From assembly GCA_052390235.1 (NCBI GenBank), contig JBQTHB010000002.1, forward strand, positions 384,001-448,000: a stretch of DNA of 64,000 nucleotides. The letters are read 5' to 3'. Each line of letters opens with the position of its first letter. The first letter of the stretch is position 1. Positions 29,909 to 39,669 of this stretch are shown here, piece after piece. The notes beneath the pieces were generated by a model, which worked only from the letters and a program-made list of their open reading frames with translations, was not told where the DNA came from and ran no database searches. The DNA comes from Deltaproteobacteria bacterium (GTDB taxonomy: Bacteria > Desulfobacterota_D > UBA1144 > Nemesobacterales > CSP1-2). Made by a program: the position numbers and the translations under genes.

Positions 29909-31090
29909 TCAACCAAGTCCAAGTACGTCTAAATACTCCTGTATCATTCGCTCCTCCGTGAAAAACCGCTCGATTCTCCGCCTTCCCTCCTGCCCAAATG
30001 AGCGCGCCTTCGCATCGTCCCTCAAAAGCTCCAATAGATATTCGGCGATTTTCCCGCTTCCGTCCTCTCTTCTCAGCGCGTATCCCGACCCCCCGTCGAT
30101 GACGGCTTCCTTGCCCCCTCCGTCCTCGCCCGCGATGATGGGTAGCCCCCTCGCCGCCGCCTCCAATACCACATTTGGAAGCCCTTCGATGTTTTCCTTT
30201 TCCCGAATGGTTCGGTTAGCCAGGATGAAAACATCCGCCGCATCGTAGTAGTTGATGACCTCTCCGTGAGGCACGCTCCCCCAAAATATTACATTTCCCG
30301 ATACCCCCTTGCTCTGGGCTAGGGCTTTGAATTCCCTCTCGTGGCTTCCGCCGCCGATGATGAGATATTTCAGATTCCCTCCGAATTCGCTCAATATTTG
30401 AGGCAGAGCTTTAATTACCCTGTCCTGTCCCTTGCCTGGCACGACGCGCGAGACGGTCAGAATCACTTTATCCCCTCTGTCAATTCCCAAACCCCTCCTC
30501 AGCTCTTCCAGCGCTTCTGGGCTTGAAGGCGGGCTGAGCATGGTGGAATTCACCCCATTATAGATGACTTTCACCATGCTTGGAGGAATCTTTGCCTCTT
30601 CCAGCAGGTTCGCCGTCGAGACGCTGGGGCTTATGATTTTATGCGCGTTCAGATAGAGCCTCCGCATGGGGACGGCGAGCGCCCTTCTGCCCAGCCTTGC
30701 GCCGAGCAGGTATCTGATGGCTTCATATCCCGCCACTCTCACTATGACCTTGAACGGGTAGTTCGCCAGTAGCCCGCCCGCCGCATGAGCCTCTCTAGTG
30801 ATGAAAAAGACGGCGTCCGGCCTCTCGCTGGCAATAGTCCGCTTCAGCGCGAAATATCCGACAATCTCTTTTGCCGGCGATGGAACCCCGTGATTCCTCG
30901 ATAGAGCGGACATACGCAGAACCTTGAAATCAAATTTCCCATCGGCGGCTGAATCATTGGATGAGTAACCGGGGGCGAGAACCGCTAGCTCAGCTCCGGC
31001 TTTGGAGATTCCCTTGGCGAGTTTCAGGCTAGTCGTGGCAAGCCCTCCGGCAAAAGGGGGGAATTCATGCGTATAAATGAGGATTTTCAT
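29909..31090 (-). CDS. GT4 glycosyltransferase
   Basis: EFPPFAGG, IYNGV, KGQD, EGLPNVVLEA. Confidence 0.9.
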   Translation of the reverse strand: MKILIYTHEFPPFAGGLATTSLKLAKGISKAGAELAVLAPGYSSNDSAADGKFDFKVLRMSALSRNHGVPSPAKEIVGYFALKRTIASERPDAVFFITREAHAAGGLLANYPFKVIVRVAGYEAIRYLLGARLGRRALAVPMRRLYLNAHKIISPSVSTANLLEEAKIPPSMVKVIYNGVNSTMLSPPSSPEALEELRRGLGIDRGDKVILTVSRVVPGKGQDRVIKALPQILSEFGGNLKYLIIGGGSHEREFKALAQSKGVSGNVIFWGSVPHGEVINYYDAADVFILANRTIREKENIEGLPNVVLEAAARGLPIIAGEDGGGKEAVIDGGSGYALRREDGSGKIAEYLLELLRDDAKARSFGQEGRRRIERFFTEERMIQEYLDVLGLG

Positions 31091-31199
31091 AGCGAGCCTA
31101 AACTTTCGGCTCTAAACTCTACACTAATTCCGACGGATTCGCGCCGCTTGGGAAAATAGGAGGTTGATTTTCCGGCGAATTTAATTTATTAATCACCCC

Positions 31200-31967
31200 A
31201 TGGCCTCAGCTTCGATTATCGTCTATGACCCGATTGATAACATAAGGGATAAGCGCGACTACTGGACCGAGTACGTTATATTTTATGAGCAGTTCTGGGG
31301 CGGTCCCACCTCTCCTTACGGGGTTTGGTTCGGCAGAGAGTACGAGAACTTCAGAGACGCCATATCGAATCACCTTGGAGTGTCCGAAGCCGAGGTCGAG
31401 GACTGCTATTTTATGAAGGATAAGGACGGCAGATACTACGTCTCCCCTTTCCAGTCGCAGAGCGCTTTCTACGCCGCCCACTCAGAAAATCAGATTCCTC
31501 TTGAGTGGTTTCTGCTCTTCACCGACGAGGAGCGCGAATCGTTTTTTACCCCTTGGGGATTTGCAGGCATAAGCTACGACACTAAAATCTCCAGAGCTAT
31601 TGAGAGGCTAGAGCGGGCCGGGCGCATTATTGAGGCGGCTTTCCAGAGCCGTCAGGATGATACTTTCCTGCCAGATTTATTTGCCGCGCTCGGGGATGTC
31701 CAAATCGGATACCAGGAGATTCGCTCCTGGCTTGGGGGATTCGACCCCTCTGGCTATGTAGTTCTCAATTACGGCGAGATAGCCTCGTTCATACACCCCT
31801 ACGCGATAGACAAAGAGCGCTCGGTCAGGGAAATGTCGGATGTTCTTGCCATGGTGAGCGAGGGGAGGCTTGAAGAGGCTGCGGTGCTCATCTCGGTGAT
31901 GTCGCAAAAGTGGGATGAGATTCGCCAAAAAGCCTCCGGCGCGGGTGAAAACCTCACAGTGCAGTAA
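31200..31967 (+). CDS. Hypothetical protein, paralog of 55584-56360
   Basis: Full-length similarity to the second copy (IVY.P.D.IR.KRDYW.EY, IPLEW, L.YGEI.SFIHPY). Confidence 0.85.
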   Translation: MASASIIVYDPIDNIRDKRDYWTEYVIFYEQFWGGPTSPYGVWFGREYENFRDAISNHLGVSEAEVEDCYFMKDKDGRYYVSPFQSQSAFYAAHSENQIPLEWFLLFTDEERESFFTPWGFAGISYDTKISRAIERLERAGRIIEAAFQSRQDDTFLPDLFAALGDVQIGYQEIRSWLGGFDPSGYVVLNYGEIASFIHPYAIDKERSVREMSDVLAMVSEGRLEEAAVLISVMSQKWDEIRQKASGAGENLTVQ

Positions 31968-32064
31968 ATTTTATTCTCTCACCCTCAAAATTATTATATG
32001 CGCGTAAAATCAGCAATTTGCTAACTGATAATCAATCGATATAAATAAAAATAATAAAATACTA

Positions 32065-32093
32065 TTGACAAGAAATTTAATCTAATATAAGTT
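32065..32093 (+). promoter_or_regulatory. Sigma-70-type promoter with A-rich UP-like element
   Basis: TTGACA-N17-TAAGTT preceded by an A-rich tract. Confidence 0.65.
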
Positions 32094-32130
32094 AAAAGAT
32101 AGTAAAAACTATTATAGGAGGTAGTCAGGA

Positions 32131-32442
32131 ATGAAAAGATTAATCGCTCTTGCGGTTACATTCGCCATTGTGCTATCCAGCGTAGCTATGGCAAGCGAAC
32201 TTGGTTCTGCAGATTCAAATTTCCTTTTCAGCCAGGACAGCGTTTCGGCGTCTGTAATGACTGATGGGGAAATGCAGGCAACACAGGGACAGATCATCGG
32301 ACTCGACTTAGGCGGTCTCCTTGGCGGATTGCTCGGCGGCGGCGGATTGCTCGGCGGTCTGCTTGGCGGGCTTCCTCTCGTAGGCGGTCTCCTAGGTCTT
32401 TTGGACGGTCTTCTCGGCGGCCTGCTTGGGGGCTTACTTTAG
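32131..32442 (+). CDS. Secreted Gly/Leu-rich precursor peptide 1
   Basis: AGGAGG SD; 21-aa signal, 32-aa pro-region ending EMQATQG, 50-aa GGLL-repeat core. Confidence 0.85.
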   Translation: MKRLIALAVTFAIVLSSVAMASELGSADSNFLFSQDSVSASVMTDGEMQATQGQIIGLDLGGLLGGLLGGGGLLGGLLGGLPLVGGLLGLLDGLLGGLLGGLL

Positions 32443-32484
32443 CGCCATCCCTAACAATAAGGTCTAGTTCTTTACTCTATCTTG

Positions 32485-32520
32485 AGACCTCGGCGGTAAA
32501 TCGCCGGGGTCTTTTTTTTT
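32485..32520 (+). terminator. Intrinsic terminator
   Basis: AGACCTCGGCGG-TAAA-TCGCCGGGGTCT followed by a T run. Confidence 0.88.
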
Positions 32521-32586
32521 GATAAATATTACCCCCCTCTTAATAAGTACTAAAGGTTATTATTAAAAGCTAAATTACTATTTTGT

Positions 32587-32615
32587 TTGACAACGCCGCT
32601 TATCCATTATAACCT
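32587..32615 (+). promoter_or_regulatory. Sigma-70-type promoter
   Basis: TTGACA-N17-TAACCT. Confidence 0.65.
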
Positions 32616-32648
32616 GAATTCAATAAATCCATTTTGGGAGGTAGCGTT

Positions 32649-33029
32649 ATGAACAGATTCACTCTATTAGTTGTAGCGATAATGATGTCCCTTGGCTCAT
32701 CGGCTATCGCAGGCGAACTTGCATCATCCGACGCCGGTTTTATCTTCGGAGGCGATAGGGTTGCCGCCGTGTCCGTAACGGATAGCGAAATGCAGGCGAC
32801 CGAGGGGCAGATAATTGGGCTTCTGGGCGGAGTGCTTACCGGGGCGAGCATTTTTGTTATTCAATCTCCGGTATTTTTTACCGGCATAGGGGTTACCCCG
32901 CTTGGAGTAGCCTTGGGAGTTCCGACTAACGGCGTCGTAGGCGGATTGGTAACCACCTTAGTAGGTGGGCCCGGCGGCGGCTTGCTCGGCGGTGGTTTCT
33001 TAGGCGGTCTTTTAGGCGGTCTTCTGTAA
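32649..33029 (+). CDS. Secreted Gly/Leu-rich precursor peptide 2
   Basis: GGAGG SD; 21-aa signal, 32-aa pro-region ending EMQATEG, 73-aa uncharged core ending LGGLLGGLL. Confidence 0.85.
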   Translation: MNRFTLLVVAIMMSLGSSAIAGELASSDAGFIFGGDRVAAVSVTDSEMQATEGQIIGLLGGVLTGASIFVIQSPVFFTGIGVTPLGVALGVPTNGVVGGLVTTLVGGPGGGLLGGGFLGGLLGGLL

Positions 33030-33051
33030 TTTATTTCTCTTAGATTTGACG

Positions 33052-33080
33052 ATGCCCTGAGGGGATAACCCTTGGGGCAT
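33052..33080 (+). terminator. Stem-loop after precursor 2
   Basis: ATGCCCTGAGGG-GATAA-CCCTTGGGGCAT; no long U tract. Confidence 0.55.
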
Positions 33081-33253
33081 TAGTCCTCAAAATTATCTTC
33101 TCCGAAAAAATCATTTCTCTTTCGTCTAATAAAATATAAGTTGGCAACTTTGAAACCTAATCAATATTTTAAGAGTTTAACTTAGATAATGACTCATTTT
33201 CATTGTATCTGCCCAAAATTAACTGCATCTAACATTCCAAAGGAGAAAAGGTC

Positions 33254-34447
33254 ATGCCTGAAGATAACGAACTCGATGAGATTCTCGATAAGCGATTATC
33301 GGATTCTATTCTTAGCCCTCTTGAAGAGATAGTGTTCGATGCGGAAAACCATGGAAACTACGCCGAAAGCGATTTTAATCTCCCCGCCGAGCCGCAAGCC
33401 GAGTCAGCAGAGGCGCTCACCGACAACGAGTATCTGCTCAATAAAGACCTGAGGCTCATAAACACATACTTTAAGGAGGTCGGAAAGGAGTCGCTTTTCT
33501 CGCCATCCCAGGAGATGGAAATTGGCGCAAAGATTAAGAAATGCGAGAAACGGGCAAGAGAGATTCAAAAGATATTAGAACGAGGCGTATCCCCTATCCC
33601 CTCGGTCCCGGGAAAAAAGAGGTCTTCTGCTTCTAATAAAACCCTTTCCAAGCCCCAATCTCCGTCCTCTAAACGGCTTGAGAGGCTGGTGTGGCTATAC
33701 CAAGCCTATTGCCAAACCGTCTCGCGCTTCAAAAATAAGTTCGTTAAAGCAAACCTCAGGCTTGTGGCGAGCATTGCAAAGAGATTTAGCGGCAGAGGCG
33801 TGTCTTTTCTCGATTTAATCCAAGAGGGCAACATAGGGTTAATAAAAGCCGTCGAGAAATTCGATTATCAGAAAGGATATAGGTTCTCAACCTACGCCTG
33901 CTGGTGGATAAATCAGGCAATGGCAAGAGCCGTGTTTAGCCAGACGAGAACGATAAAAGTCCCATCCTATGTGCTGGAAAAAGCCGGAAAAGTTCACTAC
34001 ATCCAATCTCAGCTTGAGGAGAAAACTGGCGAAACCCCGCTTCCCGAAGAAATCGCCAAGGAAACCAATATGTCCGTCGAGAGCGTAAAGCGCACGCTCG
34101 GCGCTTATGAGCGAGTGATAAGCCTCGATGCAAGCGTCTGGTACGACGACAAAATGTCTCTTGTGGATTTTGTCCCCGACCCCAATCTCCTCCTTCCTGA
34201 CTCGCTGATAGCGGTAAATTCACTTCCCAACAAGCTCGACAGCGCCCTTATGACGCTCACTCACAGGGAGAGGGAGGTGCTGAAGATGAGGTTTGGAATC
34301 GGGTATGAAAACCCCTCCACGCTTGACGAAGTCGGCAGGCAATTTGGCCTCACTAGGGAGAGAATCCGGCAGATTGAGCGAAAAGCCCTCCAGAGGCTCA
34401 AGCGCTCTAAATCAGCCCCGATTCTAAAAAGCCTGCTCGAAATCTGA
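33254..34447 (+). CDS. RpoD/RpoS-like alternative sigma-70 factor
   Basis: [33 protein letters not shown]; no canonical region 1.1 recognised. Confidence 0.9.
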   Translation: MPEDNELDEILDKRLSDSILSPLEEIVFDAENHGNYAESDFNLPAEPQAESAEALTDNEYLLNKDLRLINTYFKEVGKESLFSPSQEMEIGAKIKKCEKRAREIQKILERGVSPIPSVPGKKRSSASNKTLSKPQSPSSKRLERLVWLYQAYCQTVSRFKNKFVKANLRLVASIAKRFSGRGVSFLDLIQEGNIGLIKAVEKFDYQKGYRFSTYACWWINQAMARAVFSQTRTIKVPSYVLEKAGKVHYIQSQLEEKTGETPLPEEIAKETNMSVESVKRTLGAYERVISLDASVWYDDKMSLVDFVPDPNLLLPDSLIAVNSLPNKLDSALMTLTHREREVLKMRFGIGYENPSTLDEVGRQFGLTRERIRQIERKALQRLKRSKSAPILKSLLEI

Positions 34448-34538
34448 AGAATTCCCTGCTTCTACGGATAGTGCCTGCGCCGGATGTGCGGGGCTATATC
34501 TATCTGAGGGGGTTTGGGGTAATCTCTTATGCCGAGAG

Positions 34539-35195
34539 ATGAAACAGGGCGACATAGACGGTTTTATTGAGCTTCTGAGGTCAGAGTCTGCAAATTGGAA
34601 CGCCCCAGTGGTAACGCTTATGGCAGAGAGTTCGGGCGACCCTTTCCGCACTCTCATCTCGACGATACTTAGCCTCCGCACCCTTGACGCCACTACCGAA
34701 GCCGCATCCCGCAGGCTCTTTGCTCTTGCCGATACCCCTTTGGCTATGCTCGCCTTAAGCGCCAGTGAAATAGAGCGCTCCATTTATCCCGTTGGGTTCT
34801 ACAAAACTAAGGCGAAAACCGTGCTATACCTCTGCCGCGAATTAGTTGAAAAATATGACTCCAAAGTGCCTGATGACCTGGACGAATTGCTAAAATTAAA
34901 AGGCGTAGGCAGGAAAACCGCCAATTTGGTGGTTGGTCTCGGCTACGGGAAACCCTCGATTTGCGTTGACACACACGTGCATAGAATCTCCAATAGGCTA
35001 GGATACGTCAGCGCGAAAAATCCGGCGCAGACAGAGGTTGCCCTGAGGCAGAGGCTGCCGACAAAATACTGGATTGAATATAATTCCTTACTAGTGGCTT
35101 TCGGGCAATCGCTCTGCCGCCCCATATCTCCATGGTGTAGCCTGTGCGCGGTGAAAATGTACTGCGACAGAGTGGGAGTTGAAAAGAGCCGGTAG
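34539..35195 (+). CDS. nth: Endonuclease III
   Basis: GVGRKTAN, VDTHVHR, C-x6-C-x2-C-x5-C. Confidence 0.92.
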   Translation: MKQGDIDGFIELLRSESANWNAPVVTLMAESSGDPFRTLISTILSLRTLDATTEAASRRLFALADTPLAMLALSASEIERSIYPVGFYKTKAKTVLYLCRELVEKYDSKVPDDLDELLKLKGVGRKTANLVVGLGYGKPSICVDTHVHRISNRLGYVSAKNPAQTEVALRQRLPTKYWIEYNSLLVAFGQSLCRPISPWCSLCAVKMYCDRVGVEKSR

Positions 35196-35293
35196 ATTTT
35201 GTGCATCGCCGCCTTTGGTTTGACTATGCGGACATTCCGAATATAATTTCCTGAGCGGGGTTTTCCATAGCCGTTTGCTGTCAGGGAGGTATA

Positions 35294-35809
35294 TTGGAGT
35301 CTCTTTTTTTCTACATATTTGCCGTAGCTTCCGTGGTCGGCGCAATATTAGTAGTGTCTCATAAGAATCCTATCGCAAGCGGCATCGCGCTTGTGCTTAC
35401 GCTCTTTTCAACAGCGGCGCTTTTTGTCCTTCTTTTAGCCCACTTTATTGCCGCAGTACAGGTGCTGGTCTATGCCGGAGCGATAATGGTCTTGTTCATG
35501 TTTACGGTTATGTTTCTCAATTTAAGAGAAGACGCGCTCGAATTCGATACTCGAAATATGCCGCTCAAGCTCGGAGTGCTATTTATCATCCTTGCCGTGT
35601 TTGGCTATTTTGCGAGCGGCGCTTTTAGAAAAGGTATTGGAATGGTTCAGAGCGGGGCAGTACCTTCGATTAACGAGGATTTCGGCACGGTTCAGGGCGT
35701 AGGAGAGCTACTTTTCAGCAGTTTTATTCTTCCTTTCGAGCTTACCTCGGTACTGATACTTGTGGCAATTATAGGGGTCGTGGTGATAGCTAAGAGGAGA
35801 CTTGATTGA
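35294..35809 (+). CDS. nuoJ: NADH-quinone oxidoreductase subunit J
   Basis: QVLVYAGAIMVLF, LPFELTS. Confidence 0.93.
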   Translation: MESLFFYIFAVASVVGAILVVSHKNPIASGIALVLTLFSTAALFVLLLAHFIAAVQVLVYAGAIMVLFMFTVMFLNLREDALEFDTRNMPLKLGVLFIILAVFGYFASGAFRKGIGMVQSGAVPSINEDFGTVQGVGELLFSSFILPFELTSVLILVAIIGVVVIAKRRLD

Positions 35810-36117
35810 TGACAGAAATCGGGGTCGAGCATTATCTTGTGCTTAGTATTATTCTTTTTATTATAGGCGCTTATGGTGTAATTATAAGAAAGAACCTTAT
35901 TATTGTTCTAATGTCGCTTGAGATTATGCTCAACTCTGCCAATCTCGCGTTCGTAGCGTTCTCTAGGCTCTGGGGGGATATGACGGGGCAGGTGTTTATG
36001 ATAATGGCAATTACTGTCGCTGCCGCTGAGGTAGCGGTGGGTTTAGCCCTCGTGGTCTCAATTTATAATCACAAGGGTACGCTCGATATTGACGTTCTGA
36101 AAATGTTAAAAGGCTAA
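35806..36117 (+). CDS. nuoK: NADH-quinone oxidoreductase subunit K
   Basis: EIMLN, VAAAEVAVGLA. Confidence 0.95.
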   Translation: MMTEIGVEHYLVLSIILFIIGAYGVIIRKNLIIVLMSLEIMLNSANLAFVAFSRLWGDMTGQVFMIMAITVAAAEVAVGLALVVSIYNHKGTLDIDVLKMLKG

Positions 36118-36190
36118 TTCTTCATGTATTACTTCAATAGAGTTGAGTCGGCGTTTAAAATTCTGCCCCTGATTCACTGATGAGGTTAAA

Positions 36191-38164
36191 ATGATAGCGT
36201 GGATAATTTTATCTCCCCTGATAGGCGCATCGCTCAACGGACTCATCTTCGCCTCCGGCTTATGGAATCGCGTCTGCGGCGGCGGCGAGCATAGCCGCCA
36301 TTCAGAGAATAGAATTGTGAGCCTCATCGGATGCTCCGTAATTCTCATATCGGCTGTGATTTCCACGCTTGCTTTCCTGAAGCTCCTCTCCATGGCCCCC
36401 TCGGAGCGGCAAATAGTTCATGAGCTATTTACCTGGATACCGTCCGGGGATTTCTCCGTAAAATTCGACCTCCTCTTCGATACCCTGTCCTCCGTCATGG
36501 CACTGGTAATAACGTGGGTAAGTTTTCTCATTCACCTCTATTCAATCGGTTATATGCACGATGATAGAGCCTATGCCAGATACTTCACATATCTCAATGT
36601 TTTTGTCTTCTTCATGCTTATTTTAGTTCTTGGCAACAGTTTCCCTCTGATGTTTGTGGGCTGGGAAGGGGTAGGGCTAGCCTCGTACCTGCTCATCGGG
36701 TTTTGGTACGACGACCCGGAAAAGGCTTATGCCGGACGCAAGGCTTTTGTGGTTAACAGAATCGGAGATTTCGGATTTATCTTGGGGATTTTCCTAATAT
36801 TTTTCGTATTCGGCTCGGTCGGCTACGGCGATGTATTTGCCAAGGTTCTCGACGCAAATTTTATGACGGGCGTTCCCGCCGCGGCGATGACGGCTATAGC
36901 ACTCCTCCTGTTCGTCGGGGCAATGGGCAAATCCGCGCAGTTCCCGCTTTATGTCTGGCTTCCCGACGCTATGGCTGGTCCCACTCCGGTAAGCGCGCTC
37001 ATTCACGCCGCCACTATGGTTACCGCAGGCGTATATATGGTGGCTAGGTGCAACGTGATATTTACGGCATCGCCCTCTGCTCAGGCAATAGTCGTAGGAA
37101 TCGCCGCATTCACAGCCTTTATTGCCGCCACAATTGCCCTCACGCAGACGGACATCAAGAAGGTTCTCGCGTACTCCACCGTGAGCCAGCTTGGGTATAT
37201 GCTAATGGCAGTGGGCTCAGGGGCATACGTTGCCGGGATGTTTCATCTCGTAACACACGCATTTTTTAAGGCCCTGCTGTTCTTGGGTTCTGGAAGCGTA
37301 ATTCACGCCCTAGGAGGCGAGCAGGACATAAGGCGCATGGGAGGGCTTAGGAAATATCTCCCGGTAACCTCCAAGACCTTCCTCATCGGGACACTGGCGA
37401 TTTCGGGAGTTCCGTTTCTCTCCGGTTTTTTCAGTAAAGATGAAATCCTCGCCTCCCTCTACGGCAGAGGGTTTACCGCCGCTTGGCTCGTGGGGCTTGC
37501 CACGGCTGTGCTTACCGCCTTTTACATGATGCGGCTGTATTTCCTCACGTTTGAGGGCAGGTCCCGAATGGACGAGAAAACTAAGCGCCACGCCCATGAG
37601 TCTCCTCTTTCCATGACGCTTCCCCTTATGGTTCTCGCCGCGCTTTCGATTCTCGGCGGATATGTCGGCGTGCCTGAATTCATCGGCGAGGCCTTTGGAA
37701 TTCACGGCTCAAATGTGTTCGAGCATTATCTCGCCGCCTCAATTGTCATTGGCGAGGCGCCGGATGCCCACCACGCCCTCGGACACTGGACTCTGGTCGC
37801 GCTCTCTATTGCCGCCGCCCTCTTGGGGATAATTGCCGCCTACTTTATGTATATGAAACATACCCCTGTCTTTGACGATTCACCAAGCGGTATTCTCTAT
37901 AAAGGCTCTTACGGCAAGTGGTTTATAGATGAAATTTACGCGGTCTTGTTCCTGCGGCCATTTGCGGCTCTCTCAAGGGCGTCGTCGGTATTCGACGCGA
38001 GGGTCATTGATGGCATAGTGAACGGAGTCGCCTCTGTGGTTTCCGGCGCGGCGGCGATAATGCGGCTTGCTCAGACGGGCTTTATACGCTTCTATGCCGC
38101 GCTGATGGCTCTGGGGGCTGTCGTTATTATCGCCTATATTGTGATGTCGGCAGGCTCTCTCTAA
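36191..38164 (+). CDS. nuoL: NADH-quinone oxidoreductase subunit L
   Basis: GWEGVG, GKSAQ.P..WLPDAMAGPTPVSALIH, HAFFKA. Confidence 0.95.
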   Translation: MIAWIILSPLIGASLNGLIFASGLWNRVCGGGEHSRHSENRIVSLIGCSVILISAVISTLAFLKLLSMAPSERQIVHELFTWIPSGDFSVKFDLLFDTLSSVMALVITWVSFLIHLYSIGYMHDDRAYARYFTYLNVFVFFMLILVLGNSFPLMFVGWEGVGLASYLLIGFWYDDPEKAYAGRKAFVVNRIGDFGFILGIFLIFFVFGSVGYGDVFAKVLDANFMTGVPAAAMTAIALLLFVGAMGKSAQFPLYVWLPDAMAGPTPVSALIHAATMVTAGVYMVARCNVIFTASPSAQAIVVGIAAFTAFIAATIALTQTDIKKVLAYSTVSQLGYMLMAVGSGAYVAGMFHLVTHAFFKALLFLGSGSVIHALGGEQDIRRMGGLRKYLPVTSKTFLIGTLAISGVPFLSGFFSKDEILASLYGRGFTAAWLVGLATAVLTAFYMMRLYFLTFEGRSRMDEKTKRHAHESPLSMTLPLMVLAALSILGGYVGVPEFIGEAFGIHGSNVFEHYLAASIVIGEAPDAHHALGHWTLVALSIAAALLGIIAAYFMYMKHTPVFDDSPSGILYKGSYGKWFIDEIYAVLFLRPFAALSRASSVFDARVIDGIVNGVASVVSGAAAIMRLAQTGFIRFYAALMALGAVVIIAYIVMSAGSL

Positions 38165-38194
38165 TCCTGGATGCCCCCGGTTGTCCCGGCGGTG

Positions 38195-38223
38195 TTGACT
38201 CCCGCCGCTCCCTAATTTAACCT
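38195..38223 (+). promoter_or_regulatory. Sigma-70 promoter of gltX (leaderless arrangement)
   Basis: TTGACT-N17-TAACCT-N8-ATG; no SD. Confidence 0.65.
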
Positions 38224-38231
38224 AACGTCCC

Positions 38232-39623
38232 ATGAGCGTAAGATGCAGATTCGCCCCAAGCCCCACAGGCGCGCTTCACATAGGAGGCGCGAGGACGGCG
38301 ATATTCAACTGGCTTTTTGCAAGGCACTATGGCGGCAAATTCATACTCAGAATCGAGGACACCGACCAAGCCCGCTCTACGGATGAATCCACCGCCGAGA
38401 TACTAGATGCGATGAAATGGCTCGGACTCGACTGGGACGAGGTACCCTTCAAGCAGTCCGAGAGGCTCGCAATTTACCAGCAATACGCCCAAACACTGCT
38501 GGATGCAGGGCGAGCTTACCGATGCTACTGCACTCAGGAGGAGCTCGAGGCAAGGCGCAAACAAGCCGAATCCGAGGGGAGGGTCTATAGGTTCTCCTGT
38601 CTCTGCCCTGCGCTTCCGCCGCAAGATGGTATGCCCTTTGCGCTGAGGCTCAAAGTGGCAGATGAGGGCGAGATTGACGTTGACGATCTGGTGCGCGGCA
38701 GAATCACCTTTGATGCCAGAGATATTGACGATTTCGTCATCCAGAAAACGGACGGATTTCCAACCTACAACTTCGCCGTCGTGATAGACGACGTTACGAT
38801 GAATATCTCGCACGTCATCCGGGGCGACGACCATCTGTCGAACACCCCGAAGCAGATTGTAATTTACGAGGCGCTCGGCTTTGACGTTCCTAAATTCGCC
38901 CACGTTTCCATGATACTCGGCTCGGATAAGGCGAAGCTCAGCAAGCGGCACGGGGCTACCTCCACGGTCGCCTACAGGGAAATGGGCTACCTGCCAGGCG
39001 CGCTCGTGAATTATCTGGCGCGGCTCGGCTGGTCTCACGGCGACCAGGAAATATTCTCCCCAGAAGAGTTAGTAGAAAAATTCACGCTCGGTAACGTCGG
39101 CAAATCCCCAGCCGTGTTTAACCCCGAAAAGCTCCTCTGGCTAAACGGCTACTACATCAGAAATAAGCCCGTCGCTGAGATTGCAAATCTCCTCATCCCA
39201 TTCCTTGAGGCTAGGGGGTTTCATCCTGCGTTTGACCAGAGGCTCATAAAAATCGTAAATTCCCTCCGGGAGCGCGCCAAAACCCTCATCGAGCTTGCCG
39301 CATCGGCTGATTATTTTTTTGTGGATGAGGTTAAATTCGACGAAGCCGCCTGCAAAAAACATCTCACCCCCGACTCCCTGCCCCTCCTCAGCAAGCTGTG
39401 CGATGAAATCTCTGCGCTAGAGGATTTTGCCCCCCAAGCGCTCCAAGAGATATTCAACCGGATAATCTCCGAGGGCGGCGTCAAGATGATTCAGCTTGCC
39501 CAGCCCGTGAGGGTGTCGCTCACCGGAGGCACGGTTAGCCCCGGGATATTCGAGGTGATGGAGATTTTGGGCAGAGACGCGGCGCTGAAGAGACTTCGGG
39601 CGGCAATTTCCCTGATTGCCTGA
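38232..39623 (+). CDS. gltX: Glutamate-tRNA ligase
   Basis: RFAPSPTG.LHIGG, KLSKR. Confidence 0.95.
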   Translation: MSVRCRFAPSPTGALHIGGARTAIFNWLFARHYGGKFILRIEDTDQARSTDESTAEILDAMKWLGLDWDEVPFKQSERLAIYQQYAQTLLDAGRAYRCYCTQEELEARRKQAESEGRVYRFSCLCPALPPQDGMPFALRLKVADEGEIDVDDLVRGRITFDARDIDDFVIQKTDGFPTYNFAVVIDDVTMNISHVIRGDDHLSNTPKQIVIYEALGFDVPKFAHVSMILGSDKAKLSKRHGATSTVAYREMGYLPGALVNYLARLGWSHGDQEIFSPEELVEKFTLGNVGKSPAVFNPEKLLWLNGYYIRNKPVAEIANLLIPFLEARGFHPAFDQRLIKIVNSLRERAKTLIELAASADYFFVDEVKFDEAACKKHLTPDSLPLLSKLCDEISALEDFAPQALQEIFNRIISEGGVKMIQLAQPVRVSLTGGTVSPGIFEVMEILGRDAALKRLRAAISLIA

Positions 39624-39669
39624 TTGCGCCCCCCCGCTGTTTCGCTCAAATTGGGCGGCTAGCGAGATA

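Noticed and set aside
28128..32442. Lasso peptide system (Cys-less AsnB as cyclase; precursor 1 has Thr-2, Gly1, Asp7)
   Set aside because: Precursor 2 lacks an acidic residue at positions 7-9, both have Sec signals, no B peptidase or RRE is present, and the AsnB-like gene sits among glycan genes.
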